Source of the DNA: an uncultured Bacilli bacterium
Lineage (GTDB): Bacteria; Bacillota_I; Bacilli_A; RF39; UBA660
Length of the DNA stretch: 64,000 nt
Direction: 5' to 3'
NCBI GenBank assembly: GCA_910584165.1
Contig: CAJTZU010000002.1
Span: 9,595 to 73,594, forward strand
This document shows, piece after piece, positions 60,729 to 64,000 of the stretch; positions within the stretch are counted from its first letter, which is position 1; every line of letters starts with the position of its first letter. Both the position numbers and the translations under genes were made by a program. Under the pieces are notes generated by a model. That model was not told the DNA's origin and did not search any database. It saw only the letters and a program-made list of their open reading frames with translations.

Positions 60729-62471
60729 CTATTCCAATGTAATAGAAGATTCTGTTGTATATAAACTTCTATAAATTGTAGAATTATTTAATAATTCTTT
60801 ATGAGTCCCTGAAGAAACTAGTTTACCATTATCAATGATATGAATAATATCAGCATCCATAATAGTAGATAAGCGATGAGCAACAATAATAACAGTATGA
60901 TTTAGAATTAAATTATCAATGGTCTGCTTAATATATTCTTGACTTTCATTATCAAGAGCACTTGTTGCTTCATCAAATAAAATAATCTTTGTGTTACTTA
61001 ATAAAGTTCGCGCAATCGCAAGTCTTTGCTTTTGACCACCAGATAAGTTTACTCCCCCTTCTCCAATAATAGTATTATACTGATTTGGTAAAGACATAAC
61101 GTAATCATCAATATAAGCTTTTTTACAAACCTCTCTTACTTCCTCTAACGTAACATCTTCTTTCACAATTTGAAAGTTATCCATAATCGTTAGATTGAAA
61201 AGGAATGGAGCCTGACGAATAACAGAAATATTTTTTCTTAAAGATTCTTCTGTTAATTCTTTAATGTCAATACCATCAATTTTTATTTCTCCTTTAGTAG
61301 CATCAAAATACCTTAACAATAAATTAAAAATAGTACTTTTTCCATTACCGCTTTTTCCTACAATTGCTACCTTTTTATGAGGCTCTATTGTAAGATTTAA
61401 TCCTTTTAAGGTATCCTGCTCTTCCTCTCTATAGCGGAAATAAACATCCTTAAATTCAATCTTTCCTTCAGAATCTATCAAAACTTTATCCCCAAATTTT
61501 TCATCAGAATAAAGTCTATTGTTAATAATCTCATCAATCCGATTTAAAGATACTTTTACTTTATTATAATTAATTCCAAAATCACTAATGCTTTCAACAA
61601 CATCATCTATTTTCCATATATAAGATTCTAAAACAATAAATAAAGCATACGTCATTTGACCGTTTACAACTAAACTTCCTGCTGTTATTAATATAATTGT
61701 TTGTAAAAGAAAATAAACTAATGCATTTAAATTAAAATAAGCAACTTCATATTTTCTCATCTTTCTTTGATCTTGAAAATGAACATCTATATTATAATGC
61801 ATTCTATTTTCAATATTCTTTTTAATCCCTAAAGCCTTTATTTCACGAATACCAGTTAAATTTTCTGTTGCCATTTTTATTTGCATATCAGAATCTTTTT
61901 TAATCTTCTCTTGTGTCTTTTTTATCTTAGGAAAAAATTTTGCCGAAATAAATCCCATAACAATACTAAAAATAATAATTTCCATTCCTAATAAAATAGA
62001 ATTCGCAAAAGCTAAAACTAAAACAATAAGAACAACAACTGCACGGCAAGTCATTTTAATCAATCTTCCTAGTAAGTCCATAACCCTATCTGGGTCTGTT
62101 GTCATTCTATTAATAAATTCCCCCACACCTATATTTTCAAAAGCAATAGCTGGCATTTCTGTAATTTTATGATATAAATCTTTAATAACTGCTTTAGAAA
62201 ACTTTATCTCTAAATAATTATAAATTAAATCTCTCGGAACCGATAAAAAGCAATGAAATAAAATATGTAATCCTTCTCTTAACAATAAAAATATTAAAAA
62301 AGTACGAAGAGAATTTTCAATTAATCCTTGAATAGCATATCCCCAAAAAAAAGAAGAAAGCAAAGTTGGGATATAAGTTATTACTGTTAATAATAGAAAT
62401 AATAATAATTTTCCTTTATCATCCTTTAAATATTGAAAAATTAAACGAAAAGATTTTTGTTTCTTTTTCAT
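60729..62471 (-). CDS. ABC transporter, fused permease/ATP-binding (MsbA-like exporter)
   Basis: 6 TM + Walker A GKSGNGKST, signature LSGGQKQR, Walker B ILFDEATS. Confidence 0.85.
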   Translation of the reverse strand: MKKKQKSFRLIFQYLKDDKGKLLLFLLLTVITYIPTLLSSFFWGYAIQGLIENSLRTFLIFLLLREGLHILFHCFLSVPRDLIYNYLEIKFSKAVIKDLYHKITEMPAIAFENIGVGEFINRMTTDPDRVMDLLGRLIKMTCRAVVVLIVLVLAFANSILLGMEIIIFSIVMGFISAKFFPKIKKTQEKIKKDSDMQIKMATENLTGIREIKALGIKKNIENRMHYNIDVHFQDQRKMRKYEVAYFNLNALVYFLLQTIILITAGSLVVNGQMTYALFIVLESYIWKIDDVVESISDFGINYNKVKVSLNRIDEIINNRLYSDEKFGDKVLIDSEGKIEFKDVYFRYREEEQDTLKGLNLTIEPHKKVAIVGKSGNGKSTIFNLLLRYFDATKGEIKIDGIDIKELTEESLRKNISVIRQAPFLFNLTIMDNFQIVKEDVTLEEVREVCKKAYIDDYVMSLPNQYNTIIGEGGVNLSGGQKQRLAIARTLLSNTKIILFDEATSALDNESQEYIKQTIDNLILNHTVIIVAHRLSTIMDADIIHIIDNGKLVSSGTHKELLNNSTIYRSLYTTESSITLE

Positions 62472-62587
62472 CTTACACCTCCTAAAGAAAACTACTAAAA
62501 ATTAGTAGTTTTAAAGTCATTTCAAATATGTATTCATTTTAGCATGAAAAAAATAATTATACAAGAAAAAAAGTGGTTTATTACCAC

Positions 62588-63037
62588 TTATAATGCTTTT
62601 CCTTCTTCTTTTTCATGACTCTTTGCTCGCTCAGAAATACTTGTATAAAGTCTATCATATTCTTCTTTTTGAGCACTATAATTAGCATAAGCAGAACCCA
62701 TATCTTCTACTTCTACACTATATCCTGTATTTAATTTAATATAAGATGAACTCATTCCTAACAAACTAGTTACTTTACCATCTTCTTTTTTACCATATAA
62801 ATCTAATAATTCTTCTGTTGTTAATTCTGGAGTTGTAATACCTGATGGTATAGACATAGCTGATGCTGCTGTTATCATAGCTGCTAAAACATGAGGCTGT
62901 GCAACATCTTGCTTTTTTGCTTCTGCAATAAAAAGACTTTCTACAGTTCTTTGTAATTCCAAATCTCTAGGATCTCTTTCCATTTGATAACCTCCTTCTA
63001 TTATTATCATTATAACACGTCTCCAAAAGACAAGCAA
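62588..63037 (-). CDS. hypothetical protein
   Basis: ORF; probable start at internal MERDPRD. Confidence 0.4.
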   Translation of the reverse strand: MLVFWRRVIMIIIEGGYQMERDPRDLELQRTVESLFIAEAKKQDVAQPHVLAAMITAASAMSIPSGITTPELTTEELLDLYGKKEDGKVTSLLGMSSSYIKLNTGYSVEVEDMGSAYANYSAQKEEYDRLYTSISERAKSHEKEEGKAL

Positions 63038-63095
63038 ATAAATTCTATAATTATTTAAATTTATTTTACTACCATTTATACATCAAAAAAAGAAA

Positions 63096-63467
63096 CTACT
63101 GTTTCTCCCTTTTGATAATTTCTTTAATAATATTTAATAAATCTTTTTCATTTTCATATTCTATAATATTTTTTGTAATTGATTTTAAAGAATTAGATAC
63201 TTTCATATTTTTTTGAAATAAACAATAAATAGGTACATTATCATCATAAGCCCAACCTAATTCAATTCCCATACCAGTTGCAGGATAACTAACTTCTGCT
63301 ATCATAATAGATAAGTCTTTATAAAATTCTCTACTATTATAACTATCATTACTTTCCTCATGTGGAAGTAGAATTGTATGCTCTTGTAACTCTTTATCTT
63401 CCCTAATTGGCCTATATAAATTTTCTAAATAATTTAATTGTTTAGAATGTGCTACATATATTTTCAT
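63096..63467 (-). CDS. nucleoside 2-deoxyribosyltransferase-like family protein (putative)
   Basis: IYVAHS...GMGIELGWAY pattern. Confidence 0.3.
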   Translation of the reverse strand: MKIYVAHSKQLNYLENLYRPIREDKELQEHTILLPHEESNDSYNSREFYKDLSIMIAEVSYPATGMGIELGWAYDDNVPIYCLFQKNMKVSNSLKSITKNIIEYENEKDLLNIIKEIIKREKQ

Positions 63468-63495
63468 TTTATCACCAAATTCATTATATTTTTTA

Positions 63496-64000
63496 CTAAC
63501 CTTCTACTACTTTTTTTACTTTATTCTTATTTGTCTCTTCAATAATAGAAAGTAAAGTATCGTAATCTTTCTCTTTGTTTTCTAAATCTTCATTAGCAAT
63601 TTCTGGAAATAAGTCAGGCATTGTACATCCCATTTTTGTCTCTATTTCTTTTTGTAATTGAAGTGCTAATAAAAAATGTTGTTTAGAGTGTTCTGTAACG
63701 CCTTTCCGTTTTGTAATATCTAATAATCTTTTTTCAATGGTTAAATAACCGTTCCATTCACAAAAAAGGTCACATAATTGGATAATATTATCATAAACTG
63801 TAACTGGATGATTTCTTAAATATTGATCTAAAAAAGCATTTATTTCCCCTTTCGGGCCAACTCCTGCAGTCATACAAATATCATTATTAATAAAAGAGTG
63901 TGTTAAACAAATCCCTGACTCTACAACATAACCTTTTGATTGCATATAATAATATCCCTCTATTGGATGAGTAGGATGATTAATTCTTCTACCAATATCA
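63496..64000 (-). CDS. hypothetical protein, 5-prime end outside window (partial)
   Basis: Reading frame continues to window edge (…INHPTHPIEGYYYMQSKG…). Confidence 0.4.
   Translation of the reverse strand, partial: DIGRRINHPTHPIEGYYYMQSKGYVVESGICLTHSFINNDICMTAGVGPKGEINAFLDQYLRNHPVTVYDNIIQLCDLFCEWNGYLTIEKRLLDITKRKGVTEHSKQHFLLALQLQKEIETKMGCTMPDLFPEIANEDLENKEKDYDTLLSIIEETNKNKVKKVVEG

Noticed and set aside
1-64000. tRNA, rRNA or CRISPR elements
   Set aside because: All intergenic gaps are under 260 bp and AT-rich, without the GC-rich stem patterns of tRNAs; no regularly spaced direct repeats were seen.

Overview
This is a 64 kb chromosomal window from a low-GC (roughly 28-30% by eye), AT-rich Firmicutes endospore former, with about 60 protein-coding genes, most on the minus strand. 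I found no rRNA, tRNA or CRISPR array.

The backbone is housekeeping and sporulation genes:
- a gerA-type germinant receptor operon (3.2-6.9 kb);
- a dacB-spmA-spmB-lipoprotein operon (8.8-11.4 kb);
- a Ca2+ P-type ATPase (16.2-18.7 kb);
- CotF-like and ferritin-like coat genes (43.5-46.1 kb);
- pgi, phosphoketolase, RNase R, rluB, pepD, ferredoxin, a PP2C phosphatase, an LMW tyrosine phosphatase and an MsbA-like ABC exporter.

The most interesting region is a small accessory islet at about 37.9-42.8 kb. It carries an orphan reverse transcriptase (38986-40173, minus strand) that has all RT motifs but no room for a group II intron ribozyme and no endonuclease domain. The RT is preceded by a promoter-driven, ~125-nt structured leader whose 9-nt ends are inverted repeats, one overlapping the RT start codon. 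An 18-bp perfect palindrome sits just upstream of that start codon, and a terminator-like hairpin sits over the RT stop codon. Downstream is a small Rossmann-like (GxGxG) gene. Nearby are a secreted HExxH protein, a stand-alone vWA protein and an XRE-like regulator. I consider this a candidate RT-plus-ncRNA (retron- or DRT-like) element of unresolved class.

Other notable items are:
- a 1290-aa cytoplasmic orphan giant protein;
- a 2554-aa cyclic beta-1,2-glucan synthase-like protein (GT2-like plus GH94) sitting directly upstream of pgi;
- a protein built from six tandem HTH-like modules;
- a DinG-like half-helicase with a destroyed P-loop;
- an IS481-like transposase N-terminal remnant next to an unlisted zinc-ribbon mini-ORF.

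Fine-scale coordinates of motifs were counted by hand from the listing and may be off by 1-2 nt.
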